From Octopus vulgaris (lineage: Eukaryota), in contig OX597825.1 of NCBI GenBank assembly GCA_951406725.2, forward strand, positions 84,320,001-84,384,000: a DNA stretch of 64,000 nucleotides. The letters run 5' to 3'. The translations under genes and the position numbers were made by a program. Below, piece by piece: positions 42,628 to 57,311 of the stretch; the stretch's first letter is position 1; each line of letters starts with the position of its first letter. Under the pieces are notes generated by a model that was given only the letters and a program-made list of their open reading frames with translations, did not search any database and was not told where the DNA came from.

Positions 42628-42956
42628 TAGGTGAAAGTGCATGGCTTATTGGCTAAGAGTATTCGATTTACGATCGTCAGGTTGTGATTTCGATTTCCCG
42701 CGGCGCGTTGTGTCCTTGAACAAGATCGTTTATTTCATATTCCTGTAGGTCACTCAGCTGGCAAAAATGAGTAGTACTTTTGTTTCAAAGTGGCCAGCCT
42801 TGTCACATTCTATGTAACGCTGGATTACCCTGAGAACAACATTAAGTGTTCGTGTGTCTGTTGGGTGATCAGCCATTTGCACGTTAATTTTATAAGCACA
42901 CTCTTCCGTTCATCGGATAAACGGAACACTCATCGTCGTAACCGACGGAGTGCCAC
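42628..42956 (+). mobile_element. tRNA-derived SINE (family B-like head, different tail)
   Basis: TGGCTTATTGG..TTTCGATTTCC..GTGTCCTTGAACAAG..CACTCAGCTGGCAAAAATGAGTAG..GTAACCGACGGAGTGCC. Confidence 0.7.
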
Positions 42957-42983
42957 TTCAGTCGCAATGTTGCAAAGAGCACA

Positions 42984-43540
42984 GGCGGCGAGGAGCTTGC
43001 AGAAACGTTAGCACGCCGGACGAAATGCGTAGCGGTATTTCATCTGTCTTTAGGTTCTGAGTTCAAATTCTGCCGAGGCCCCCTCTCCTAAAATTTCGGG
43101 CCTTATGCTCAGAGTAGGAAAGGATTTTAAGGCGGCGATCTGGCAATATCGTTAGCACACCTGGCGAAATGCGTAGCGTTGAGTTCAAATTCTGCTGAGG
43201 TCGACTTTGCTTTCATCATTTCAGGGGCGATAAATTAAGTACTAGTTGCGTACTGGAGTCGATCTAACCGACTGGCCTCCTCCCCCAAGATTTCGGGCCT
43301 TGTGCCTAGAGTAGAAACGGATTTTAAAGCGGCGAGCTAGCAGTATCATTAGCACACCTAGCGAAATGCGTAGCGGTACTTCGTCTATCTTTATGTCCTG
43401 AGTTCACATTCCGCCAATGTCACCTCTGCTTTTCATAATTACGGGGTCAATAAATTAAGTACCAGTTGCGTACTGGGGTCGATCTAATCGAATGGCACCC
43501 TCCCCCAAAATTTCGATCGTTGTACCTAGACCAGAAAAGA
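42984..43540 (+). mobile_element. Head-to-tail array of three SINE family A copies
   Basis: GGCGGCGAG-like heads at ~42984, ~43130 and ~43329; the first two units end in GAGTAG(G/A)AA.GGATTTTAA and carry internal deletions. Confidence 0.9.
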
Positions 43541-44555
43541 AAAGAATGCTGCAAAAAGCACAGCAAGTAACCAACGTTTCATTAACCTATAGTATTGGTT
43601 TTGAATTTTTTGCTTATTTATATCTTCAGCAGAAACAATTGTTAACTCGTTACACGATGATGTTACTTAGATTGGTGACAAGATGGCGTTTCGTAACCGA
43701 GAGAAAATTACATTCATTCCTAATGACATGACTCGTTCGATGCATTAACTGCAAACTGGATTTTGTGATAGAATTACCTGACGTCTATTACAACCGTTTT
43801 AACTACGAATTGAAATAGATGTGGTTAAGGTATTCTTACATTTAACTATCAAACTGACATCGTATATTTCACGTACACTTAACATTGAATAAAGTTAGAT
43901 AACACTAAATTGAATAAGTCAATCTCTTACTCTTGTTTAATAGTAGGAGACTTTCAATTACGGGACATATATATTCCTACAACATTAACGTGGGATTATA
44001 GAGAGAAAATGCGAAACATTAGTGGAAAACAAGTCGAACATAGAGAATTTTTTTTTTAAATGTAAGATATGTACTTGTTTCAGTGATTAGACGGCGACCA
44101 TGCTACGGCACTACCTCGAAGAATTATTTTCTTTTTGTCGAATGAATCGACCTGAAAATATTTTATACTTTTAAAGCCGGGTACTAATGCTCTCGATCTT
44201 TTTCTTGCCGAACAGTTAAGTTACGGGGTGGGGACATAACCATACTAACGTTTGTCAAGCAGCAATTGGGAAAACACACACACACACACACACACACATT
44301 GTATGTTTATTACGGAGTTGTACTTTCATTCTAAGTATTTTGATCTGAGGACTTGTCCTGAAACTAAAGCGATTGCAACGTGGAAGATATAAGTTAACCT
44401 TTCAAAAATACTCAAAAACCATTTATTTCAACATGTATTTATGATATGATGTTAAACTTTTCGCCACTGAAAACAGTAATCTGCCCTCAAATAAAAAAAA
44501 AAAATTGTGCAGCTATCGAAAAGTTTCAAGAATACGGTGGTATATATCGTTTTAA

Positions 44556-44872
44556 AGGCCACGAGCCGGCAGTATCGTTTGCACACCTGGCGAAATGCTT
44601 AGCGGCAATTCGTCTGTCTTTACGTTCTGAGTTCAAATTCTGCCGAGGTCGCCTTTGCCTTTTATCTATTTGGGGGTCGCTGTGTGGTAAGAAGTTTGTT
44701 TCCCAGCCTCATGGTTCCGGGTTCAGTCCCACTGCGTTTGCGAGTGGATTTGGCAGACGGAAACTGGAAGAAGTCCGTCGTATACACGAATATTTATCTC
44801 CGTGTGCTTTTGTGTTTATATTATTCCAACATAACCACTTGGCAACCGGTGTTATTGTGTTAACGTCCTCAG
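44556..44872 (+). mobile_element. Chimeric SINE: family A 5' part joined to a deleted CORE-type SINE
   Basis: ..GCCTTTTATCTATTTGGGGGTC | GCTGTGTGGTAAGAAGTTTG..GGTTCAGTCCCACTGCGT..GAGTGGATTTGGCAGACGGAAACTG. Confidence 0.75.
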
Positions 44873-45884
44873 AAACATACATGCATACATACATACATAC
44901 ATACATACGTACATGCATACATTCTGAGGGAGGGAGGGAGGGAGAGGGACTGTAGTGTACTAGTGTTGATTCAGTTGACTCTACCTTCTTGGCTGCAGGA
45001 AAGATAAACAGGAAATGACCTTCCACCTACGGGACAAATAACATGAACAACAACAAAATTGAAGAATAAGAAAAAAAAACCCCAAATGATCGACAGTTAT
45101 GTTACTTGCTGACAGACAGGTTTCCGAGGTCGAAAAAACAAAACTGCCAACTGTGGAATTACAGGAATTGGAAATTGAGTCTTCATTAAGAAAATATCAA
45201 ATAATTATTTCGTTTCTTCTTTTTTTTTCTTTCGGTAACATATTTCAAGGGAAAAATCAAGTAAAATTTAAAATAAAATGGCGGAAATCATTTGGTTTTT
45301 CAGTTTCCAGCTTGTCATTACTTTTTTAATGTTTTTTCACAAATCACACATCCACTCACGCAAATAACAAGTGTTTCGCAGAAAATCTACACACTTTGGA
45401 TCAGGTTCGTCATCGCATAAATCATATCGGAATATGTTATATCAAATGTTATCATCAAATATGATTCGAAAGTATTTTTTTCTTATCCTGCGAAAATACT
45501 TAAAAATCTTTTTCTGTTGCATTTAGCATTTATTACAGCCAAAGGGGATCAAAAAAGGGATTTGGTTTTTTGGTTTTTGTAACATACGTTCGTTTTCTAG
45601 TTAGGATATATCAGTGTTAGGGAACACTCTATTTATATGAATCGACACGTTATATTTTTTTGCGTAGCAAACTGAAGCAGCAAAACGAATTACAAAAATA
45701 TAAAGCTAAGCATGTATACAGACATATGTATATATAAAGAGAGCACTACATACATATACAAACTTTCAAATACACCCACTCAAATCCATACACGTGAGAA
45801 ACATATATACAAGCATATACATACACTCACATACATATATACATACATGCATAATAAATACATACACACATGCACATAAATAAG

Positions 45885-45995
<111 letters not shown>

Positions 45996-46059
45996 GTATA
46001 TATAGGGATGTATGCATGTGTATTTATATACATCTAAACAAAAATATAGTAAAACTTAT

Positions 46060-46107
<48 letters not shown>

Positions 46108-46821
46108 TTATTTAAGTGTATGTGTGTGTATATATATAGATATAGATAGATACACACACACATATATCTATGTGCGTGTATAATAGGTGACAAGTTAAAA
46201 TATAAATATAAAGGTAGGATAAAAAAAAAAATCAAAATTAAAGAAAGCCATCTTTCCCGTCTAAGGAATTTTAAATGCCAATATTTCTGATAAAAATATT
46301 TGATATTCTACTGAGATAAATATTGTTCTTATTTTGTAGATTTATTGGTCTCTCTGAAATTCCCAAATGTGAATGTTTTGAAAGAAAATATTTCCAGAAA
46401 TTAAATTTTCTTTCTCTCTTTATTTCTATTTATCTCTAGAATATACTATTTTGATAAGTGGCGCTGTGAGCAGTGAAACACGCCATATTGAAACATTGAA
46501 ATAGCGCAATCTTGAACATACTTTTTGTCAAATAAATGTAATTTTCAATGTTGTGTTTATAAATAATGTAGAAAATTTGAAATAAATAAAATTAGCGTTG
46601 AACAGCCATAGCAAATTATGAAAGTACGTGACGAATCGCCTCATTTTCACAAGTCTCAGCAATAACTGTATTTGTCCAAAAGTACACTACATTATTTTAT
46701 TAGTTTACATAACCGCACATCAGCGAGTAATCTTAGGCTACCTACTTGGAAGGCGACTGTGGTTAGCGGTGTAAATGAACGAGAAAATCGCAGCAATATA
46801 AATGGCTAAAACACTGGACAT

Positions 46822-47034
46822 TACTCTTTTACTCTTTTACTTGTTTCAGTCATTTGACTGCGGCCATGCTGGAGCACCGCCTTTGGTCGAGCAAATCGAT
46901 CCCAGGACTTATTCTTTGTAAGCCTAGTACTTATTCTATCGGCCTCTTATGCCGAACTGCTAAGTTACAGTGACATAAACACATCAGCATCCGTTGTCAA
47001 GCGATGTTGGGGAAACAAACACACACAAACATAT

Positions 47035-47080
<46 letters not shown>

Positions 47081-47224
47081 ATATGCCACGGGCTTCTTTC
47101 CGTTTCCGTCTACCAAATCCACTCACAAGGCTTTGGTCGGCCCGAGGCTATAGTGGAAGAACCATGCCCAAGTTGCTACACAGTGGAACTGAAGCTACTT
47201 ACCACACATCCACTCCTGCGCCTA
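46822..47224 (-). mobile_element. Full-length, well-preserved CORE-type SINE
   Basis: TACTCTTTTACTCTTTTACTTGTTTCAGTCATTTGACTGCGGCCATGCTGGAGCACCGCC..CCACTCCTGCGCC. Confidence 0.9.
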
Positions 47225-47737
47225 TATTCTGTAAGATAATTTCAAGAATTCTAAGATTTATGTAGCAAGTAGTGATTGTGTTGCTTTCATAAGATTTTAT
47301 TAGAAACTAGGTCACAGGGTCAGGCAAATGGTATATAAAATGTATGAAATAATCTCACAAAAATACCAAAATGATGCCACTGGATTAATGCCTATACATT
47401 TGGATTAGCAGCTACAGTAGCTGAAGCTAGAACAGCAGCAGTGGCAACAGCAGCAGCCGTTCAAGAATGTGGACCTGGAGATCTCCATTTCCAGCGACTT
47501 CAAGGGCCACCTCCCAGTGGTGTCGGGCGTCAACGAAGAGCCCTCGACTACAACAAGACGACCAAAGATTTTTTTTCCAAGGTCTGGGGTCTTCCGCCCC
47601 TAAACCCAAGACCATGACCTAATCACCCTTACTCGTCTTATTGCTTAACAACAACAACATCAATAGCAACAGCAACAGTAGTTGTCGTGGTAGTAGCAGT
47701 AGAAGTGTTTGTTTTTGTTGACGTTACATCATATAAT

Positions 47738-47938
47738 TATTGGTTTCAAATTTTGGCGCAAGGCCAGCAAGATCGGAGGAAAGGGGTAGGCCGATTAAAT
47801 CGACCTCACTGCTCAGCTGGTACTTATTACATCGAGCCCGTACGATGAAAGGCAAAGTCGAGCTCGGCAGAACTTGAACTCAGAACGTAAAGACGGATGA
47901 AATATCGAAAATCATTTTGTCTGGCGTGCTAGACGCCT
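47738..47938 (-). mobile_element. SINE family A
   Basis: GGTTTCAAATTTTGGCGCAAGGCC..GAAAGGCAAAGTCGAGCTCGGC..GAACTCAGAACGTAAAGAC. Confidence 0.85.
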
Positions 47939-49331
47939 TTGTTACGGCATAAAACGATCGATTTCCTATGATAGTTTTAAAAAGCATTTACCAGTGATAT
48001 GCCTGCAATTTCTACTCCAGGCAAACCTTTTCTCATGCTCCATGCCAAATTATTTCACATGAAAATATATTCGATTAACTAAACTCCAATGCCTGATGAT
48101 CATTTATCTACAGCCACGAGGAAAAGCGACGTAGCTGTCTGCGCATATGACTACAGAGAGAACATGACTCAAGTATATATCTAACTTCAATGTAATAACA
48201 CAGGCAAAGATGTCTGTTCACACAAGGCCGTATGTTCCGACACAGCAGAGAGTAAATTTACTCGACACAATATGCTCTTTTAGTATACAAACACCAGAAA
48301 TGTGAAATAGCAAGTCACCCACCACGAATTTTCTATTCAAAACGCAATGTCGTAAGATTGTTGTCTTATGTTACTGAGATCTATTCCTAAATCTATCGTT
48401 TATATATCTAGAAGAGTATTCTGTCTTCTCTCCACATACAAACTATGGATCTATTCCTAGTAGAAAATGATTAACAGTTCGACCAGCTATTACAGATTGT
48501 TAGCGACTGTCTGTTACAATCAGTCTGTAGTTTATATCATAACCCTTTTATCAAAGCACGTTTTAAATATTATATTTCGTAAGCATACAATTTCGTATTT
48601 CTCTGACAAGCAGTAAAACAAAACATAGAAACAATGCAAGATAGTTATATAACTGTGATGTATACATCATAGATAATCTCCATGGAATTAAAAGATTATG
48701 CCATCCTCATACACGTGAAATGATGGAATAAAACGTTGATTCAGAAAATGATCAATCAAGGGGAAAGGAAAAAGTGATTTATCTTTAACAGAAACTGCAT
48801 TTGACCGCGAAATGAGAATGTATAACCGTTCTAATCAGATACGACCATATTGTTCGTGTGATTCATAGATTAGAATTTTCACGTTCTAAATGAACAATAT
48901 GATCAGTAAATATAATTCATAATCAATGGTAAATGGTTCTTTCATATTCCTATCAAAGTTCAGGGCAAATACTCAGACAGGCTAACATACGCGTATACGA
49001 ATAAGCAGATATACGTCATCAGATACACAAACAACACATGTAAGCAGATATACGTCATTCAATAGTTTCTCTTTCTCACTCTCTCACTCAGAATCGACTA
49101 CACTGAACCGCGAGGAATTATGATTGATGCACTCTGTAGTGTAGCCCTATTCTTTTTAATACAAACAATTCCATTCGGCCTCAGTGGAAGACAGTGGACA
49201 CTGAAGGAACATCGCAGAAAGATGGCGACGAAATATTTCTATATATCTATATCGATATGTATGTATATATATATATGTATTAGTGTATGTATGTATGTAT
49301 GAATGTATGTATGTATGTTCGTATGTATATG

Positions 49332-49408
<77 letters not shown>

Positions 49409-52153
49409 GTTGAATTTCAGGATGGTTATTTTATTTATCTATCTATTTATTTTTTTTTTTGCCAAATGAATCTTTTATGACTAGTGTTTCACATCGCCGC
49501 AGTCTCCTGGCGAAAACGTTTTTGTTGTGGAACTTTCGTATTCATCGGAGTGGGTGTCGTCACTTGTTTGTGTCTCTTTAGTTAATTAAGTTCCCCCATC
49601 TCCTGACTGGCTGCTACTTCTGCTTCTTCCTTAATAACACTTCCAGGGTTTTGCTGTTTATTTTCATTGAATAGATTGATAAAGTGAATAGATACACACA
49701 CACACACACACACAATTACATACACACACATATATACATATGCACATATGTATGCTTATGTGTGCATTTTGGTGTGTAGTTTTTCAGTTAAAAATTATGA
49801 ATGTTATATATATCGAATTACATGCAACTGAAAGAACACACAACCCCGAAAATATCCCTGAATATATATTCGGACATTACTTCATGCTTTGTGCCATGTT
49901 GTAGTGTTCCGGTGTGAGTGCTTATGTATGTGTATAACACTGCGAGTGTTGACTATTTATGGCTGGATGCAATACAAGAAATACAGATTATGGAAATATC
50001 TAAACTGTTTTGGTCAAGCAAAGTTTTTGGTAAAGGTCGCAAACATACATTATCATTTTATTCGTAAAATTTATATTGTTAAGGTCAGATTTAAGATGCA
50101 CTTATATTTTGGAATTGTTTTAGGAGACAGTCAGAACAAATCTCATCTTCCCAACTTCATCTTTCCTCCAACCCTTCACATTCGTCTCTTCTTCTCAATT
50201 CATGACTTTTGTCTTTGTGTTTTAATGTTTTGTTCTTCGAATTTTCTTGTGTTTGCTTAAAATCTCTGAAGAATTAAATATTAAATTTTTATTTTTGTTC
50301 GTTTTTAAGATCAATACCCTCTTTTCATACACACACAGACACACACATATGCATGCATTTATGTAACATATATATACATACACATTGTATAATCATATAT
50401 TAATGCATATATATATATACATATACTCCTCTGTCAATGTGTATATGTGTGTGTATGTTATGAAACCAGGAAAAAACATTAATCATAATTTTTTCCCCTT
50501 TTTTGCATATTTTATTTGGCTTTTTTCTGAAAACCAAATATTTACCGATTATCTTTTTCTTACAGTTTCTATTCCTCGTTATCTTCTGTAGCTGTTAAAT
50601 TTAATCTGTGCATTCATATCTATCATAATATATGATTGGTGCACAAGTTCTACAGACTGATGAAAGCGATTCAAATGCTAAAAGCACTCGAAACAACCGT
50701 GATTGCTTATAGACGAGAAGAAACGAACAAATATTAGAAATTTTCAGTAATTGATTTTTATACTAAGTATTACATTGATGCGACAATTCCATTGTAGATT
50801 GCTTTAGGAAACGATTGTAAACCAAGAAGGCGACCAGACGCCGTTAAAGTTTCCTTCCTCTGTTCAAACAAAACCGCATCAATGCCTGGAACTAATAACA
50901 TTTTCGTTATTTTGTGTTTCGTTCTCTCTGTCAAATGGATAAATCATTATAAAAAAAAAGTTTTGAACTAAATGATAAAATTCCCCTTGCTGAGTTCCTG
51001 GCGAGCTTATTTTAAATCCCAGGCGGAAGTATTCTAATTCACTAAGGTAGTTAAATAGTTCTGGGGAAAAAAATCTAAAAGATGCTTCCTTTAATTTCTT
51101 GTTTGATGTCAAAGACACAGAACTGATTACACCACGAGGAGGCAACTGACTTAATATTTCACGCAGAGAACCAAATAAGAAAACTCTTAGTACATAAATG
51201 TGATTGAGTGCATGTTCTATATTATAAACCATGGACTGGTATCAGAGTGTGATATCTTTCGGGAGAGACACGTCTTTTCAACGCGTTGGTTACAGAAAAT
51301 GAGAATTTTCCTGAGACGTTCTCAAAAAATGGTTGTACGATTTTACGCTTTCATTCATACTGGAGGAAACGGCTGAAATTTTGAATTGCATTAGTCACTG
51401 TACTAGTGTCCCCGTGTCAACAAGACTATCGAGAGTTTATTAATGAGGCATCCATTTAAAACACCATTAGAAACTAACATTTTTAGCCTTTAGTTGTTTT
51501 CTGACAGAAAATTGTTTCTATAATTCATAAATGTGATACTGCATTTTACTTCTAGAGAATTTTGGTAAAACCTCAGTTCGGATATTCTTCGATTTTGTCT
51601 CAGAACATTCTGAAAAATATTTTAAAATGAAAGTTTGCAGAGACGCGTGTTCAAGGTGGTAGATTACAATTTTGTTCATAGAAATTGGAATGGAAGGAAT
51701 TCGAACTTGCAATGAGCAAATTCTGGGCTCAAATGTACAACTATTACCTGGAACCGAGTAGACAATAAAAAAATGGAATTCAGAGGATGATACTGAAAGC
51801 TGTGACATCAATGGCTCTCCAAAACGAAAAGAAACTAACTTGAGATCAACCAAAATTGAAACATTCTTTTTTTGGATTATTCTCTTGAAATTTACTCCTT
51901 GATATGCGATTTTACTAACAAGCATACGCCTGAACAGAATCTATTTTATCACTGTCATCTATCATCGGTAACTAAAATTTAATACATCAATTATTTCTGA
52001 TGTGATTTTTTCCAGGGGAAGCAGCATTTGTCTACAATGTGTCTTCTACTTAAGTGATTGCCATGATTGAATCTCACCTTGAAGGAGGACAATCTTTCTG
52101 CCTCTTTGCCTCTCAGCTTCTGGATTACCTCTCTCTTTCTCTGTCTCTTTGTG

Positions 52154-52191
<38 letters not shown>

Positions 52192-52488
52192 AACTCACAC
52201 CTTTACACCCGCGAGTATATATACTTACAAAGAGCGATAGAGATAGAGAGACAAAGAAGAGATGGAGATGGAGAGATTGGACACTACATTAATTTACCAC
52301 TAGAATAGAACGTTGAGTATTCTGTATCTAAAACCCAAAGAGACATCGAAAAATGTAAAAAAAGATCATAAATGTACACACACACAGACACACACACATA
52401 TATATATAAATATATATATATACATACATATATATATAAATACATATATATGTGTGTGTGTATGTGTGTATATATATGTATATATAAG

Positions 52489-52553
<65 letters not shown>

Positions 52554-55199
52554 TTATTTATACACATGCGTACTTATGTTTACATATATATATAGTTTTC
52601 ACAAACTACGGGCTGCATGGATGGACAGAAGCTCTCTCTCACTCGGTTTCTCCTTTCTGATTGCACAGATTCATAAAATCATACTCGCGAACGTATGCGC
52701 GTGCGCGCACATGCATAAGCGAACGCGCACACACATGCGCACACGCAGACACGCCCGCACACACACATACACACACAGAGAAACACACACATATGTACAC
52801 CAACACTCGTTCTCTCTTTCACTTTCCATTTTTCACTATGCTCTCTCACTTTTACACAATCTATGCCACCCCACCCAACACCCCCTGCTCGTTGCCATCG
52901 AAGAATGCAATACTAATTGAATAGTTCTTCCAATGTAACATCTACAATCGCATTTGATATCTTGTCAACAGACATCAAGCATCTTTCGATTGATGGAGGC
53001 AACATTTTATATCTCTAACCCAATATTCCATATTTCGGTTAACCTACATTGAATCTACACACACATAGAAATACACACTGATATAGAAATACACACACAC
53101 ACACACATAGAAATATACACGTACACGCACACATACACACATGTATAATCACCCAGCCACACACTAACGCACACACGCTACTGTTGTTTGCATAACATTG
53201 TTATCAGAAATATAGTTGAGCAAGAAATGGGCGCCCAAACAATTAGACGAATAAGTCAGCCAATGGAAGAGCAGAACTGAAACCAGGCGGACATAAAAGA
53301 GTTTTATGGATACACACACACACACACACACACACATATTTAGGACAATCCCTTTAGCGCTTGTGAGCAGAGGGTGCTGCAGTTACGCTTTTTCCGAATA
53401 CAAGAGTCGATGTATAAGTATAAAAACAATGCATCCAAGTTAATTAAGACGCTAATAGATAACACATCGTTAAACTGCAATACCTTATTCGCAATACAGT
53501 AATCCCGGGTGGAAGAAATTTGCATGTATATACAGAATTAGAAAAACGAATCTAGGCAGCTTAAACACCTTCATACATTTCAGCAAACACCCCATTTTTA
53601 TATTAGAATATTATTTGTTATGGTTGGTCAGAGAGTGATCATTAGCTTTGCAACTTGACGGTGCTTAACTGTGTATAGGCGATTCACCAGGCTCATATGG
53701 CCGGAGGCACACATCCTGCCGACAACAGGAGGGAGGAAAACATCATAGTTTTGTAAATGAGAATCTTCCAGAACGAAACTTGCCTGGCAAAACCTTGAGT
53801 GGGGCAGCGTTATACTCCTTAGAGCGGTACCGGTTATGTCTACGACGGACCTGCAGAATAAGTTCGTGGTTGATATCATTTTCCTAGTCGCCAAATGGTG
53901 AATTACATGTTTACAAAATTAATTGACCATGACATTTTCCTCCTTCCAGTTGTAGAGAAGTTCTCTGACTCCAGCCATTTGAATCTGACGTGTCACTTAT
54001 ACTACTAAACACTTTATAGGTGCGAAACCAATGGTCACTCTATAACCAACCATAACGAAAAATGTCCTATATAATGCTGCTCTAATGTTTTACAGTTTGC
54101 TTTTTCGGATATATGAACTAATGATGATATCGATGTTTAAGCAGCTATATACATATAAGAGAAACACTTTTTATCTCTGTTTAACCGTCTTCAGATTTGG
54201 TTATATAAAATATTTTTAATAGGTAAGATTTCGCTTCTATACCCACGGTTGGGTTTTTTATTTAAATTAAGATTTGCTCGAATGTAATTAAATTTCGAGA
54301 AAACCCTTCTATCTGCTAAAGGAAGTACTTACAGAATTCTTGCGATGCAATCCACCACGAATATCTTTTGTTAGATAAACAACAACTAATAGTTGTTTTT
54401 CTTTTTATTTGTTGCCCTCCACACAGTGACTATGGCACATAGAGATTGTTCATGTTGACTTTTGTTACATACATCGAGTTACTTACGATGCTCGAATCCA
54501 ATCAAAAGCCGCGAAATAAAAGATCAAAATGGAAAAAAAACCGTCCTCTTCTACTTCTTCCCTTCTACTTATTTCCGTATGGAAAACTGATCTGATATAG
54601 ATAATTGTAGATTATAAACAGCTTAAAACAATTTAAAACGGCAGTTAGAGAAGAATACATCATATTTCTCAAAGCTATCATTAGATAAGAGACATTTTTG
54701 ACGAAAGATGGAAGAAAAAACGTCCCATGATAAAAGTCATTAACAATATCGCTTGAAGCCATACAAGAACGTTTGATAACATACAGTGGACAAGTAATAC
54801 CTGTTTGGATACAGCAGCCATCATTGTACAGTTATAATGAAATATCAGCGAAGATGGATAACAAAGTTATAAGAAGATATCAACAGCCAATACTGCGGGA
54901 TCAAACAGAACGTGAGTAATAAATTCACGTCTTCAACTCATGCACAAAACAATACGGAGATTATTGTCGGGAAATAAACAAAAATCAATGTTCGAGCTCA
55001 AGATATTCAGTGAGTAATTCTGTTATCACAAAACTCTACTTCAATGAACCACTGTTGACCACTCGTTTGCTTCTAATCCACAAACTGCATACGAAAGGAC
55101 GACGAAGGATACTAATATCTCAGAATAAAGAACTGCTTTTCTATCTAAAATCTGAAATGAAAAGCAAAATTAAAACCATAATGCAATATGGCTGAATAC

Positions 55200-55545
55200 A
55201 ATCGGGAATAAATACGGTGTCAACATCCTCATTGAGATCTTACATCAGCAGATGTGGAAGTTTCACAGAATCTTCGAGAGAAACTTGAATAACGGGAAGG
55301 CTCCAAGTTGACACCAAATAGCTGGATATTGGTATAAGTTATTAAAATGCTACAGTAAGTCTCTCGCGTATATATTTAAAACAAATCTCTACAACCAAGT
55401 TCAGTCGCCATGTTTGCTTGCAACAGCGCAGACAAATCTAATCACCAAGGATGAAAGTATAACCCAGAGAGAAAGTTATAGATCTATTGCTTGGCTAATA
55501 TATATTTAATCTGTTCACAAGCTATTTAAATCTATTCTTCATGTT
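55200..55545 (+). mobile_element. Highly decayed non-LTR retrotransposon RT N-terminal region (R4/Dong or NeSL-like)
   Basis: GKAPS*HQIAGYWYKLL ... LLATAQTNLITKDE..ESYRSIAWL resembles the KAPG.D.I..YW.K / T.LI.K / NYRPI.CL motifs; may extend upstream to ~54700. Confidence 0.55.
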
Positions 55546-56414
55546 CATTGCAAATCCACAAGGCAGTAACTGATATAGATTACAGCAATGTAAAACTATG
55601 AAATGACTTTCAACCATTTATAAAATGTTATTAAATTTATACATTTATACATACAGCAACGGTTCGTCGTCTTTCCTCCAATGAAGCAACATTTCACCTC
55701 CATGAAGCAAATTTACGAATTGGTATTTATTTTTATAGTATCTTCAAAAACAAAATAGCATAATTTCACCACAACAAACAACAAAATGTGTCCATGTCAG
55801 AGAAACAACTCAGATCTGGTTTCATTTACTGGTCATTTATACAGCACAAACTACATGAGTAAAATATGGTCTTGTCTTCAGTCAACAAACATATTCGCGA
55901 GTAATACAAACTTCATAGTTTATTCAACTGGAACAATATATAAACTAATTATCACAGACCTCCTTTTGTAAGAAAAGAAGCATTTCATTGTATAACTACA
56001 GAGTCCATGGTGACAATACAAACTAGAAAATAATATCAAAATTGGATTAAATTTTAATCCGAGCGGAATACCAGAATTCTAAAGTTTCGGTCAAATGACT
56101 TACGGAGAAAAGAATTGTAAGATGTTATTGAAGGACAAATAAATTGGGATTAGAGAAATATAGGCAGCGGGGTGCGTCACTATATTGGACAATATCACAC
56201 AATAAAATAGTAATAATGAAAGCGATACCATTTAGTTTATCCTCAGAAATATCACAACAGTGAGTCGACCGGTGACATCAAGCATGAGGCAGGATGCCGC
56301 CATCTTTGGTTTATTGTTTCAATATTTACGGTAGTCTACTTTTGAAAACTGAGTTCAAATTCCTGGATACTAGCATAGAACCATGGTAGAGAATTGGTTA
56401 CAGGTATAACATAA

Positions 56415-56456
<42 letters not shown>

Positions 56457-57266
56457 TACCCACACACCCACATAAACACTCTTCTCACAAGAATACGTTT
56501 TCTCAACGTTCAAAGTGACAGGTAAAGGGACCGAAACGGGAACGGTATTTTGCGAAGCAATCTACACAACCAAACAACTTTTATATATAGAAAACATTTC
56601 TATTCCCCATCCCTTAAATTGCTACCTCCGAAATAATCAAAACAAACTTTGTATTGTTATTCTGGAGTGAAATGAAACACAATGTAGTGTTCTAGAGATG
56701 AACCTACCAATAAATAAGGACATTTCCTTCAGAATTTGTGAGAAAAAGTACATTTACTGATAACTACTTCAGAATCTGTAGTTTCAGTAACCAAATGATA
56801 TATTGACATCTTTCATCTTCATCATTGGTACACTCGGTTAGCTAAGTAACGAAGGAATAATCACGAAATGATAGAATCTGGAAGCACAGAAATTAACAAA
56901 CTAAATTGCAATTTGCGAATTTAATTTCCGACAGAATACCTTACATGTGTTACACGGCCCTGAAAATCAGCATGTACCATTCTTACTATTGTTCTGAATA
57001 GAAAGTTTAGCAAAAGTGGTCAGGACTTTGCTAGAACGAACCACTTCTTCATAAGATGGATGGAGAAAAGAAAAGATAGACAGAAATAGGAAAGCAGACA
57101 GTTATTCAAATATTGAGTGGTCTGAATGTTAGTGGCGCGAAACCATTGACTGACGAGGAAAACTCAGCTGTGAACATTCCGTGTATCGTGTCTTTGTCTG
57201 AATTTCCCGTCCATTAAGTTTTCGTCTAGTTTCCCGTTTGCTCAACTTTAGCCTAACTTCTCACAC

Positions 57267-57311
<45 letters not shown>

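Noticed and set aside
44345-44370. CTGAGGA..GAAAC hammerhead-like spacing
   Set aside because: No valid stem II, stem III or cleavage triplet
47455-47660. GC-richer segment with a (CAA)n tail, possibly a LINE 3' end
   Set aside because: Too degenerate to assign to a family
53628-53894. 88-aa ORF in a GC-richer island
   Set aside because: No recognisable domain or splice context; likely an old repeat
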